This document shows, one piece after another, positions 27,019 to 35,011 of a stretch of DNA of 35,501 nt. The DNA is taken from assembly GCA_964645415.1 (NCBI GenBank), contig CAZXZL010000005.1:1-35501 (forward strand), given 5' to 3'. The first letter of the stretch is position 1. Each line of letters opens with the position of its first letter. Source of the stretch: an uncultured Methanosarcinales archaeon (GTDB lineage Archaea; Nanobdellota; Nanobdellia; Woesearchaeales; CAZXZL01). The translations under genes and the position numbers were made by a program. Below the pieces are notes generated by a model. It saw nothing but the letters and a program-made list of their open reading frames with translations, did no database searches and was not told the DNA's origin.

Positions 27019-27293
27019 TTTAAGTTTCTATTAAATTCTATTTCTTTTTATTTCATTCATATAATTACTTTTTCCTTAGATGATTTGCTCTCAAATTTTA
27101 TCACACTTTTAAATTTGTAATTTAATAAGTTCTATAAATTTTTGATTTTAGTAATTTGATAAGGATGGTACCATATTTCATATGGCACTTTAGTTCCTAT
27201 AAATTTCGATTTCTTTTTGTTTCTATTTTTATTAATATTTTTTTATTTAGATGATTTTGATTTCTAATTTCTTTAGCTGATACGAAGATTATT
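27019..27293 (+). repeat. Dispersed intergenic repeat, locus A (two tandem sub-units, A1 approx. 27019-27110 and A2 27158-27287)
   Basis: It is colinear with 35012-35293. The 24-mer taaattctatttctttttatttca (27032-27055) is identical to 35025-35048. A2 and B2 are both 130 nt and about 75-80% identical by eye. A1 is itself a degraded copy of A2 (…tttctattaaattctatttctttttatttca…ttagatgatttg…). Confidence 0.8.
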
Positions 27294-27453
27294 TTCGAAG
27301 AAGAATGAACGTAGATTATCTCTTTAGCTAAAATGATGATATTATGTTTAAAAATATAACTTAAGTAATCTTGTTTATTTTTATGATTAGATTATTAAAG
27401 TTATTAAAAGAAAAATATATAAGTGATTTTTTTGAATATATAGTGGTGGGTTT

Positions 27454-28371
27454 ATGGGTTTTAGAGGAAAAAACATAATTTCAATTAGAGATTTATCTAA
27501 GAAAGATTTAAAATATATTTTAGATATATCTAAGTCTTTTGAAAAAGAAAGATATAAAACATTACTAGAAGATTCTGTTTTAGCAAGTTTATTCTTTGAA
27601 CCTTCTACAAGAACAAGGTTGAGTTTTGAAAGTGCTATGTCACAATTAGGAGGTAAAGTTATTGGTTTTGATGATTCTGATACTAGTTCTGTGAAAAAGG
27701 GTGAATCATTATCTGATACTATTAAAACTGTTGAAAGGTATAGTGATGTTATTGTTATGAGGAGTCCTATTGAAGGTTCTTCAAGATTGGCATCTGAAGT
27801 TACTGATGTTCCTGTGATTAATGCTGGTGATGGCTCAAACCAACATCCTACACAAACTTTACTAGATTTATATACTATTAAAAGTGTAAAAAAAGAATTT
27901 AATGGTCTAAAGATTGGTTTTATGGGTGATTTAAAATATAGCAGGACAATTCATAGTTTAATTATTGCTTTAAAGTTATGGGATGTAGAAATGTATTTTA
28001 TTTCTGATGACGATCTTCAAATTACTGATGATTATTTAAATGAATTAGATAAAGCAGGAATCACTTATTATAAAACAAGTAAAATATTAGATGTTTCAGA
28101 TAAATTAGATATTCTTTATGCAACAAGAATTCAAAAAGAAAGATTCAGTGATGATATGAGTTATGAACAATATAAGGATTCATACAAAATTAATAAGTCT
28201 TTATTAAAAAAATGTAAGAGTGATATTAAAATTATGCATCCTTTACCAAGAGTAAATGAAATTGATACTAATTTAGATGATACTGAAAATGCTATTTATT
28301 TTGATCAAGCTGAAAATGGTATTATTGTTAGAAAGGCTCTTTTAGCATTAGTTTTGGGGAAGATAAAATGA
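27454..28371 (+). CDS. pyrB: Aspartate carbamoyltransferase catalytic subunit
   Basis: The motifs are FFEPSTRTRLSFE, HPTQ and HPLPRV. Confidence 0.95.
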   Translation: MGFRGKNIISIRDLSKKDLKYILDISKSFEKERYKTLLEDSVLASLFFEPSTRTRLSFESAMSQLGGKVIGFDDSDTSSVKKGESLSDTIKTVERYSDVIVMRSPIEGSSRLASEVTDVPVINAGDGSNQHPTQTLLDLYTIKSVKKEFNGLKIGFMGDLKYSRTIHSLIIALKLWDVEMYFISDDDLQITDDYLNELDKAGITYYKTSKILDVSDKLDILYATRIQKERFSDDMSYEQYKDSYKINKSLLKKCKSDIKIMHPLPRVNEIDTNLDDTENAIYFDQAENGIIVRKALLALVLGKIK

Positions 28372-28823
28372 AAAAAGATAAAAAAATTCCACTAATTAAA
28401 AATGGAAGTGTAATTGATCATATTCCAAGTAAGTTAATTTTTAAAATTATTAAAATTTTGAATCCTAATGATTATAATCATGTTATTAGTATTGGTTTAA
28501 ATTTAGAAAGTAATAAAATTGGAAGTAAAGGAGTAATAAAAATAGATAACAGAACCTTAACTAAAGATGAAGTTAATAAAATTGCTATTTTAGCTCCTAA
28601 TGCGACTTTAAATATTATTAGGGACTATAAAGTTGTTGAAAAAACAAAAGTAAGTTTACCAGATGAACTTAATGGTCTTGTTAAATGTCAGAACCCAAAT
28701 TGTATTACTAATTTTGAAAAAAATCTAGAAACAAATTTTATTGTTATTGAAAAAAATCCAATTGTTATGAAGTGTCATTATTGTGAAAAACATTATAAAA
28801 ATAATGATATTAAAGTTGTTTAA
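28368..28823 (+). CDS. pyrI: Aspartate carbamoyltransferase regulatory subunit
   Basis: IKNGSVIDHIP is present, and the C-terminal Zn domain is CQNPNCIT...CHYCE. A 4-nt ATGA overlap with pyrB indicates translational coupling. Confidence 0.9.
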   Translation: MKKDKKIPLIKNGSVIDHIPSKLIFKIIKILNPNDYNHVISIGLNLESNKIGSKGVIKIDNRTLTKDEVNKIAILAPNATLNIIRDYKVVEKTKVSLPDELNGLVKCQNPNCITNFEKNLETNFIVIEKNPIVMKCHYCEKHYKNNDIKVV

Positions 28824-28834
28824 AAAAAGAAATA

Positions 28835-28906
28835 AGCAGGTGGGGGGACTCGAACCCCCGATCGTTGGGTTGCAGCCAACTGCCTTAGCCGCTTGGCCAC
28901 ACCTGC
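28835..28906 (-). tRNA. tRNA-Cys: tRNA-Cys (anticodon GCA)
   Basis: This is a GC-rich island. The reverse complement GCAGGTG-TG-GCCA-AGCGGCTAA-GGCA-G-GTTGG-CTGCAAC-CCAAC-GATC-GGGGG-TTCGAGT-CCCCC-CACCTGC folds as a cloverleaf. It has a 7-bp acceptor stem, a 5-bp anticodon stem, the loop CU-GCA-AC, a GTTCGAGT T-loop and a U discriminator. CCA is not encoded. Confidence 0.9.
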
Positions 28907-29012
28907 AATCAATAAAGAAATAAAAGCTATATATTTAAAGATTATGATTAATTATAATTAAAAATATAGAAACATTTTAATAAAAACAAAAAAGAATTAT
29001 TATAGATTTAAT

Positions 29013-29753
29013 ATGGTAATAAAATGTATTTATTTTGATTTAGATGATACTTTAATTAATACAACTCAAGTTTTTAAAGAAGAGTTTAAAAAAAGTAATC
29101 TGAAATTTTCTGAAGCTATTAAAAACTCTATTGAAAAATATAAGGATGTACCTTTAAAAAAGATTTATTCAAAGGTTAAAAAAATTAGAACTGAGATTAT
29201 TAAAAAATATGGTTCTAATTATCCAAAACAATTTGATAAAACTTTAACTAAATTAGATATTAAATATAATGAACAGTTAATTTCTGTTGGTGTTACTTCT
29301 TATCATATTGAAAAACATAAACAATTATATTATAATGAAGAGCTTTACAATTATTTGAAAAAAATTTCTAAAAGTTATAAAATTGGAATTTTAAGTGATG
29401 GAATGGCTTTAAAACAATGGGATAAAATTAATTATGTTTTAGGTCATAAACAAGACCTTTTTACAAAAGAAAATGTTATAATTTCTGGAATTTTTGGTAT
29501 AGGTAAAACTTCTGATAAAATTTTTCATGAACTTTTAAGAAGAGAAGATTTTAAACCAAGTGAAATTTTATATGTCGGAGATAAATACGAAAAAGATATT
29601 AAAAGACCAAAAAGATTAGGTTTTAAAACTGCTTTTATGAATAATAAAAATATGAAATCTTATGTTGAAGATACCAAAAAATTAAAACCAAAACCGGATT
29701 TTATTTTAAATTCAATTTATGATTTGGAGGATTGTGATGAGATACGATTTTAG
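29013..29753 (+). CDS. HAD-superfamily hydrolase
   Basis: Motif I is IYFDLDDTLINT (DxDxT), motif II is GILSDG, and motifs III/IV are K...VGDKYEKDI. Confidence 0.8.
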   Translation: MVIKCIYFDLDDTLINTTQVFKEEFKKSNLKFSEAIKNSIEKYKDVPLKKIYSKVKKIRTEIIKKYGSNYPKQFDKTLTKLDIKYNEQLISVGVTSYHIEKHKQLYYNEELYNYLKKISKSYKIGILSDGMALKQWDKINYVLGHKQDLFTKENVIISGIFGIGKTSDKIFHELLRREDFKPSEILYVGDKYEKDIKRPKRLGFKTAFMNNKNMKSYVEDTKKLKPKPDFILNSIYDLEDCDEIRF

Positions 29754-29886
29754 AGATATGACTATTGAAGAAAAAAAGGAATCACCTTTTAAAATGCCTT
29801 TATTACGTATTTTCACAAAAGAAGGTTTTTTTATTGTATATACTCTAATTTTATTACTTTTATGGATTAGGTCAGTTTATTTATAA
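29737..29886 (+). CDS. Possible small membrane protein (49 aa), not in the ORF track
   Basis: ATG 29737 lies 6 nt after ggagg (29726-29730). Manual translation gives MRYDFRDMTIEEKKESPFKMPLLRIFTKEGFFIVYTLILLLLWIRSVYL with one C-terminal TM helix. It overlaps the HAD gene end by 17 nt and the cmk 3' end by 20 nt. Confidence 0.3.
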   Translation: MRYDFRDMTIEEKKESPFKMPLLRIFTKEGFFIVYTLILLLLWIRSVYL

Positions 29887-30391
29887 TTTTATTAACAATT
29901 CTATTTACTGTTTTATCAGATGAATCAATAATAAGATCATAATTTGTTTTTTTTAAGAATTCATAATTATAAAGCCTATTGAATCGTTCATTATCTAATT
30001 TATCTCTTCTTATTAACTCTTTTTTAACTTCTTCAATTGAGTTATAGCTTTCGTTTTTCCTTTTATCGTCGTAAACCCTTTTTGCTCTAATTAAATCGTC
30101 TACATCGATAAATAGACTAAAGTTATTTTTTATGAAATAATTTCCTAATCTACTATCTAAGATAAAATTATCTTTTTTATTTAGAGTTTTTTGATAATCA
30201 TCTATTTTTTTATCAAATGCTTTATCTTTTCCTGCCATTTCATTTACTTTAATAAGTTCTAAGTTATTTTTTTCAGCATAATCTCTATATATTTTACCCA
30301 TTGAAATGTATTCAAAGTTAAGTTTTTTAGCTAATTTTTTTGCAATAGTTGATTTTCCACTTCCTGACTTTCCTGAAATTGTTATTTTCAT
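29867..30391 (-). CDS. cmk: Cytidylate kinase, archaeal type
   Basis: The P-loop is ITISGKSGSGKSTIAKKLA. The size (174 aa) and the ...ISMGKIYRDYA... and ...RRDKLDNERF..YN... regions fit archaeal CMP kinase. A related adenylate-kinase-like NMP kinase cannot be excluded. Confidence 0.7.
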   Translation of the reverse strand: MKITISGKSGSGKSTIAKKLAKKLNFEYISMGKIYRDYAEKNNLELIKVNEMAGKDKAFDKKIDDYQKTLNKKDNFILDSRLGNYFIKNNFSLFIDVDDLIRAKRVYDDKRKNESYNSIEEVKKELIRRDKLDNERFNRLYNYEFLKKTNYDLIIDSSDKTVNRIVNKIINKLT

Positions 30392-30497
30392 ATTGATTAA
30401 TTTTATTAAATTTATTTAAAAATTTCTCTTTACTATTCAATAAAGTAATATTTAATAAGAAAAATATTTTAATAATTACTTCTAAAATAAAAACAAA

Positions 30498-30701
30498 ATG
30501 GAATGTAAAAAAGAAAAAAATTTAGAAAAATGTAATTGTTCTTATCCAGGTTGTCCTAGAAAGGGAATTTGTTGTGATTGTATTAGTTATCATTTAAAAC
30601 AAAGACAGTTACCTGCTTGTGCTTTTCCGGATGATATTGAAAAAACTTATAATCGAAGTTTTGAAAAATTTTCTGAGTTAGTCAATGATGGAAAAATTTA
30701 A
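30498..30701 (+). CDS. Small Cys-rich protein (DUF6485-like)
   Basis: CNCSYPGCPRKGICCDCISYHLKQRQLPACAF is the characteristic Cys pattern of this small cytosolic family. Confidence 0.6.
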   Translation: MECKKEKNLEKCNCSYPGCPRKGICCDCISYHLKQRQLPACAFPDDIEKTYNRSFEKFSELVNDGKI

Positions 30702-30742
30702 CTAATTCAAAACATTTTATTACTAGACAGTAATATTTATTA

Positions 30743-31549
30743 ATGAATATTGATTTTTTTTATAAAATGAAAAATAAACTTAAAGGAAAATTATTTGATT
30801 TATATGAAAATTTTTCTGATTCAGATTATTTACAAGAAAAATTAAAAGAAATGGAAGAAGAAAATCCTTCTAATTCTACAAAAAATCTTTCTTTATATGA
30901 TTTAAAAAAGTTACACGATAGAAATAATTCTTATTCTGTAATTCCTTTAAAATCGAGAAAATCAATATATCCTTCATTAAAAGATAAATATGATTCTTAT
31001 TTAAAAACAATTAAGGATTCTAGTACAAATTATATTATGAGAGATCAATTATCAATCGCTCTTAGAAAATCTCTTTCATTAGATAAAAAAAAATACTTAA
31101 ATTCAATCAATAAAAATTTGAATATTGCATTTAAAGATATTAAAAAAGAAGAACATATCAAATCAGATTCTTTCTTTTATAAAGTTTCAAGAAAAGTATA
31201 TAAAGAAAATAAAGATAAATATGATTTAAAGAAAAGTACTGGTCTTAAAGAAATTGTTAATTGTTTAGCAACTTTTTATAAATATGAAGTAAAAAATTAC
31301 ATTGATAAAGTTGGTTTTGATGAAGATTTAGAGTATTATATTGAAGGACTTTATAAGAAATTAAATAGTGACTTATATTTTACATGTTCAGATGATAATG
31401 TTAAAAAAGAAATTAATTATGAATTAAAAGAAACAATTCATGATTATATTGGAAGATATGATGATAATAATGTAAAAAAAGAAAAAATTGAGTCTGAATT
31501 AACAGAAATTATTATGGATATGTATCATAGTTCTAATATTACTCCTTAA
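30743..31549 (+). CDS. Hypothetical K/N-rich protein (268 aa)
   Basis: It is a long ORF with no recognised motif. Confidence 0.6.
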   Translation: MNIDFFYKMKNKLKGKLFDLYENFSDSDYLQEKLKEMEEENPSNSTKNLSLYDLKKLHDRNNSYSVIPLKSRKSIYPSLKDKYDSYLKTIKDSSTNYIMRDQLSIALRKSLSLDKKKYLNSINKNLNIAFKDIKKEEHIKSDSFFYKVSRKVYKENKDKYDLKKSTGLKEIVNCLATFYKYEVKNYIDKVGFDEDLEYYIEGLYKKLNSDLYFTCSDDNVKKEINYELKETIHDYIGRYDDNNVKKEKIESELTEIIMDMYHSSNITP

Positions 31550-31623
31550 AACTTTTATCTTTCTTATTTTTCTTATAATCTATAATTTTTAATTATTAAC
31601 AATTTTCTTTTATATTAGAATAT

Positions 31624-31680
31624 TTGTTGACTTTAAATCAACAACCATAAATTTTATAAAAAATAACTATTTGACTTTAA
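31624..31680 (+). promoter_or_regulatory. hsp20 promoter region: inverted repeat TTGTTGA-N7-TCAACAA, TATA box, and direct repeat TTGACTTTAA x2
   Basis: The inverted repeat is ttgttga (31624-31630) / tcaacaa (31638-31644). The sequence ttgactttaa occurs at 31627-31636 and again at 31671-31680, flanking ttttataaaa (31652-31661). Confidence 0.45.
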
Positions 31681-31698
31681 GTAAACGAGGTGATTAAA

Positions 31699-32154
31699 AT
31701 GACAAGACTACCAGATGAATTTTTTGGATTTGATGAGGATTTTTTTGATATGTTTGAAAATATGATGAGACCTTTAAGAAAGAGAAGAAGAAATAGAAGT
31801 AATTTAGACATTAATAGAGATTACATGAGACCAAGAATTGATGTTTATGAAGAAGATAATAGTTACATTGTAAAATGTGATTTACCTGGCGTTAATAAAG
31901 AGGATATCGATTTAAATGTAAATGAAAATGAAATTGAAATTAAAGTAAAAAGAAATGATGAAGCAGAATACAAGGATAAAAAGAAAGGATTTCATAGGAT
32001 TGAAAGAAAATCTTTTGGATTTTATAGAAAATTACCTATGCCTGAAGAGATAAACCCAGAAGAAACTACAGCAAAGTACAATAAAGGGGTTTTAGAAATT
32101 ATTGCACCAAAGAAAAACGGTGATTCTTCAAAAACAAAAATTGATATTAAATAG
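31699..32154 (+). CDS. hsp20: Small heat-shock protein (Hsp20/alpha-crystallin family)
   Basis: The alpha-crystallin domain is RPRIDVYEEDNSYIVKCDLPGVNKEDIDLNVNENEIEIKV...FYRKLPMPEEINPEETTAKYNKGVLEIIAPK. ATG 31699 follows the SD gaggtgat, and the track GTG at 31690 lies inside that SD. Confidence 0.9.
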   Translation: MTRLPDEFFGFDEDFFDMFENMMRPLRKRRRNRSNLDINRDYMRPRIDVYEEDNSYIVKCDLPGVNKEDIDLNVNENEIEIKVKRNDEAEYKDKKKGFHRIERKSFGFYRKLPMPEEINPEETTAKYNKGVLEIIAPKKNGDSSKTKIDIK

Positions 32155-32155
32155 G

Positions 32156-32180
32156 TTTTTTTTCTTTTTCTTTTTTTATT
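32156..32180 (+). terminator. Oligo-T terminator
   Basis: The tract ttttttttctttttctttttttattt starts 2 nt after the hsp20 stop. Confidence 0.5.
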
Positions 32181-32219
32181 TAACAAGTTTTTTAAATAAA
32201 TTGATGTTTAAATTAATTA

Positions 32220-32918
32220 ATGATAGCTTTAGAAATTTCACAACATTGGTTTCATGGAAAAGATTTATTCATAGATTTTTTTAGTTTATTTGTTTTAATT
32301 ATATTAACCTTCTTTTCTTTAAGAACTTTTAAGTTTACTAAATTAGATAAGTTCAAAAATTTATCAGTGGGTTTTTTAATGTTATCTTTTTCTTTCCTTT
32401 TTAAGATATTTACTAATTTTACCGTTTATTATAAAGAAGTTATTGAAAGAAGTTTTGGAGGAGCAATTATCAGTCTTGCTACATGGCAATCAATTAATCT
32501 TTTTGATATTTCTCATACTTTGTATCATATATCAGGTTTAATTGGTGTTTTAATTATATATTTTGTATATTCTGAGGAAGTAAAGAAATCAACAAAAATT
32601 CTTGTTACATATTTAGTATTTCTTTTATGTTTTTTAAGTTTTCATAATTATTATGTTTTTCATTTAGTAAGTTTTATCTTTTTTATTTTACTATCTAACT
32701 TTTATTTTGATAAATATATTAGAAATGAAAATAAAAATACTTATCTTTTATTTTTATCTTTTTTAATGATTTCAATTAGTCAAGTTTCCTTTATTTTTGT
32801 AGGTTTTGATAACTTACTTTATGTAATTGGAAAAATAATTCAATTGATTGGATTTATTATTATACTTTTAGTAATTCTAAGAATACAAGGTGTTTTGTTT
32901 GGGAAAGAGAAGAAGTAA
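32220..32918 (+). CDS. Polytopic membrane protein, unknown function
   Basis: It has about 6-7 hydrophobic helices (e.g. FFSLFVLIILTFFSL, LVFLLCFLSF, IIQLIGFIIILLVIL) and no recognised motif. Confidence 0.65.
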   Translation: MIALEISQHWFHGKDLFIDFFSLFVLIILTFFSLRTFKFTKLDKFKNLSVGFLMLSFSFLFKIFTNFTVYYKEVIERSFGGAIISLATWQSINLFDISHTLYHISGLIGVLIIYFVYSEEVKKSTKILVTYLVFLLCFLSFHNYYVFHLVSFIFFILLSNFYFDKYIRNENKNTYLLFLSFLMISISQVSFIFVGFDNLLYVIGKIIQLIGFIIILLVILRIQGVLFGKEKK

Positions 32919-33171
32919 GTTGGAGATCATAATGGATATGCTTGATGCTGTTATGAAGAAATCAGGTGAAATTAAACCAACACATCTTATGTATAAAGCA
33001 AATTTATCTTATAATCAAATGCAATCATATTTAGAAAAATTAGTAGATAAAGAATTTGTAATTGAGTTAGAAAAAGATGATCGCAAGTATATTGGAATTA
33101 CTGATAAAGGTAGAAAATATGCTGTTAAATTAAAAGAAACACAAGAGTTTAAAGATGCTTTTGGATTATAA
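32890..33171 (+). CDS. Small archaeal winged-helix protein (HTH_45/COG3432-like)
   Basis: RRSKLEIIMDMLDAVMKKSGEIKPTHLMYKANLSYNQMQSYLEKLVDKEFVIE...YIGITDKGRKY fits the R-S-x-x-E-I-I...IL...T.imy.anLsy.q...Yl..L family pattern. The start is uncertain. GTG 32890 keeps the conserved first helix, while ATG 32932 has a ggaga SD. Confidence 0.6.
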   Translation: MFCLGKRRSKLEIIMDMLDAVMKKSGEIKPTHLMYKANLSYNQMQSYLEKLVDKEFVIELEKDDRKYIGITDKGRKYAVKLKETQEFKDAFGL

Positions 33172-33179
33172 TTAATTAA

Positions 33180-33875
33180 TTATATCAAGGTTTTAAGTTC
33201 TTTCTTTATTTTATTATAATTTTTAAATTTTCTTTCATCATTTTTAAAACTTGGAGTGTGTGCATTTTTTCTTAAACCATTATTGAATTTATGCTTTTTA
33301 TGAAGTAGTTCATGATACATTATAAAATCTAAATAATTTCTTTTATTATTTCCTTTTAAAACCGTATTTAATGTGATTGTATCTGTTGAGTATTCATAGT
33401 AACCAAGTGTTGTTTTTAATCTTTTAGACCACTTTATATTTGGCATATCCATTTTATCTTTAAAATAATCATGATTAACTCTTTTAAATGATTCTTTTAA
33501 TTCTTTATCTATGTTTTTAACTTCTTTTTTATTATATTCACCAACTCTTTTAATAAAATTATAATAAATCTCTTCTTCATTAGTTAATTTATTAAAATTT
33601 TCATTAATACGCTTTTTAGCATTTTCTAGAAATTTAATCTTCTTTACAATTTTTCTAAACAAGATTCTAATAATTCCTATTTTAATAGGATTACCAACTT
33701 TTTTAAATTTATCACTTAGTTTTATTTTTAATAATTTTGACTTAGAGTTATATTCGATATTTCCATTATAACTTTTAAATCTTTTTGAGAATACAAGTTT
33801 ATAGTTCATATAATTAATTTCATTTTTATTTAGAAATTTACTTAAAGATTTTTTTATAATTTGCTGAGATTTCAT
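33180..33875 (-). CDS. DUF45/YgjP-like zinc metallohydrolase
   Basis: The C-terminal FIMYHELLHKKHKFNNGLRKNAHTPSFKNDE contains H-E-x-x-H followed by an H-(T/S)-P-x-F-type element, as in YgjP/DUF45 proteins. Confidence 0.6.
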   Translation of the reverse strand: MKSQQIIKKSLSKFLNKNEINYMNYKLVFSKRFKSYNGNIEYNSKSKLLKIKLSDKFKKVGNPIKIGIIRILFRKIVKKIKFLENAKKRINENFNKLTNEEEIYYNFIKRVGEYNKKEVKNIDKELKESFKRVNHDYFKDKMDMPNIKWSKRLKTTLGYYEYSTDTITLNTVLKGNNKRNYLDFIMYHELLHKKHKFNNGLRKNAHTPSFKNDERKFKNYNKIKKELKTLI

Positions 33876-33887
33876 CTTAATTAAAAA

Positions 33888-34979
33888 TTACATGTGTAAT
33901 TCGTATCTTAAAATAGCTCCTACTTTAAAGTTTTTAAATCTCATACCCTCTTTAGTTCTATCAGAAACAATTTGAACTTCAGTACTATAATCTTTTGACT
34001 TTTTGTGGATCTCATCAATAAATTCATCATCTAATGATTCTAGTACAAGTATTTTTTCACAAGCACCCATTTCAAGTGCTTTTTTAACTTCTTTTTTACC
34101 ATATGTAACATAATTAGGATTTTTAGCAAGTTTTCTAAAAAATTCTTCCATATGAACTCTTTCTTTAACTAACTCTTGATTTTCTAATATATCATCACTT
34201 AAATTAACTAATTCTTGTAAACCATCTTCACCACAATTTGATAGATCTTTTTTAGCAATTACTTTTTCTTTAATTTCTGTTGGTAAGTAATCTCCTTCAA
34301 AAAATTTATATTTTGTTGGACCAGGACCGCCTAATAAAACTCCTTCAATTTCTTTTTTACCTAAAAAAGCTTTTTTTACAGATTCTGCTACTTTTTTAAA
34401 GAAATTTTTAATTAAATTTTGTCTAATCCTTGCAAATCTTTGTGCGGATTGTCCTCCTGCTTTTGTTTTTCCTGGAACAGGAGAGAATAATGTTTTTAAT
34501 AATTTTATACTTTTTCCATGTAATTCACCAATTGCTGCTTCTCTTCTATCAAGTACTATTAATGCAAAAGTACTATCTGCTGTTAGCATTTCTTTAAGTG
34601 GTTCTAAAACAAATTCTTTATCACATCTATAAATTTTAGTATTTAGTGGAATTGGTGGAACAACACTCCAAACTTTTACATCAGATTTTCCTTCTCTCTC
34701 AGCAACATTTCCTGAAAAAATAGCAAGACCATTTTCAGGAGTTTTTTCCATCATTTTTAATTGTTGTGTCATCTTTTCAAGAGCATCAGAAACATTTTTT
34801 CTTGTAGTAGTTGATTTAATGTTTGTTGCTGTTCCTTTCTCTTGAAATAAGTGTTCAATAATCCTATGTAATTTATAACCTGCAGGAATATAAACAGAAA
34901 CTAATTCAGTATTTCTACCTCTATATTCATCAAGTTCCTTAATAGTCCTTTTAAGTCGAAACTTTTGATAATCATCCAT
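33888..34979 (-). CDS. prf1: Peptide chain release factor aRF1
   Basis: The motifs are GTATNIKS (NIKS), AGGQSAQRFARIR (GGQ), N-terminal RGRNTELVSVYIP and C-terminal GAILRY. At 363 aa it is shorter than typical aRF1 but has all three domain landmarks. Confidence 0.95.
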   Translation of the reverse strand: MDDYQKFRLKRTIKELDEYRGRNTELVSVYIPAGYKLHRIIEHLFQEKGTATNIKSTTTRKNVSDALEKMTQQLKMMEKTPENGLAIFSGNVAEREGKSDVKVWSVVPPIPLNTKIYRCDKEFVLEPLKEMLTADSTFALIVLDRREAAIGELHGKSIKLLKTLFSPVPGKTKAGGQSAQRFARIRQNLIKNFFKKVAESVKKAFLGKKEIEGVLLGGPGPTKYKFFEGDYLPTEIKEKVIAKKDLSNCGEDGLQELVNLSDDILENQELVKERVHMEEFFRKLAKNPNYVTYGKKEVKKALEMGACEKILVLESLDDEFIDEIHKKSKDYSTEVQIVSDRTKEGMRFKNFKVGAILRYELHM

Positions 34980-35011
34980 ACTATAATGAAAAGTACTTTT
35001 GTTTAAATATT

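Noticed and set aside
27165-27257. 30-codon ORF (MVPYFIWHFSSYKFRFLFVSIFINIFLFR) behind the conserved taaggATG at the start of repeat unit A2
   Set aside because: In the homologous unit B2 (35171 onward) the same frame stops after 6 codons (MVLYFV*). The conservation is therefore at the nucleotide or structure level, not the peptide level.
27247-27345. Possible C/D-box sRNA (agatga / ctga at 27249-27280; perfect atgatga at 27332-27338)
   Set aside because: The box spacing does not give the C-D'-C'-D layout with roughly 12-nt guides. No terminal D box follows the atgatga. The ctga is not conserved in copy B (agctaaaa).
26904-27453. Replication origin in the long AT-rich intergenic regions
   Set aside because: There is no orc1/cdc6 gene in the window and no ORB or mini-ORB-like element with a G-string that I can recognise. 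This cannot be supported from sequence alone and is left as an untested alternative for the palindrome array.
28700-29100. Integrated element at tRNA-Cys
   Set aside because: The tRNA is intact and flanked directly by pyrI and a HAD hydrolase. There is no integrase, no duplicated tRNA 3' half and no compositional shift.
32102-32284. 60-aa plus-strand ORF spanning the hsp20 3' end and terminator
   Set aside because: It is translated through the oligo-T terminator (FFFFFFY) and overlaps two supported genes, so it is spurious.
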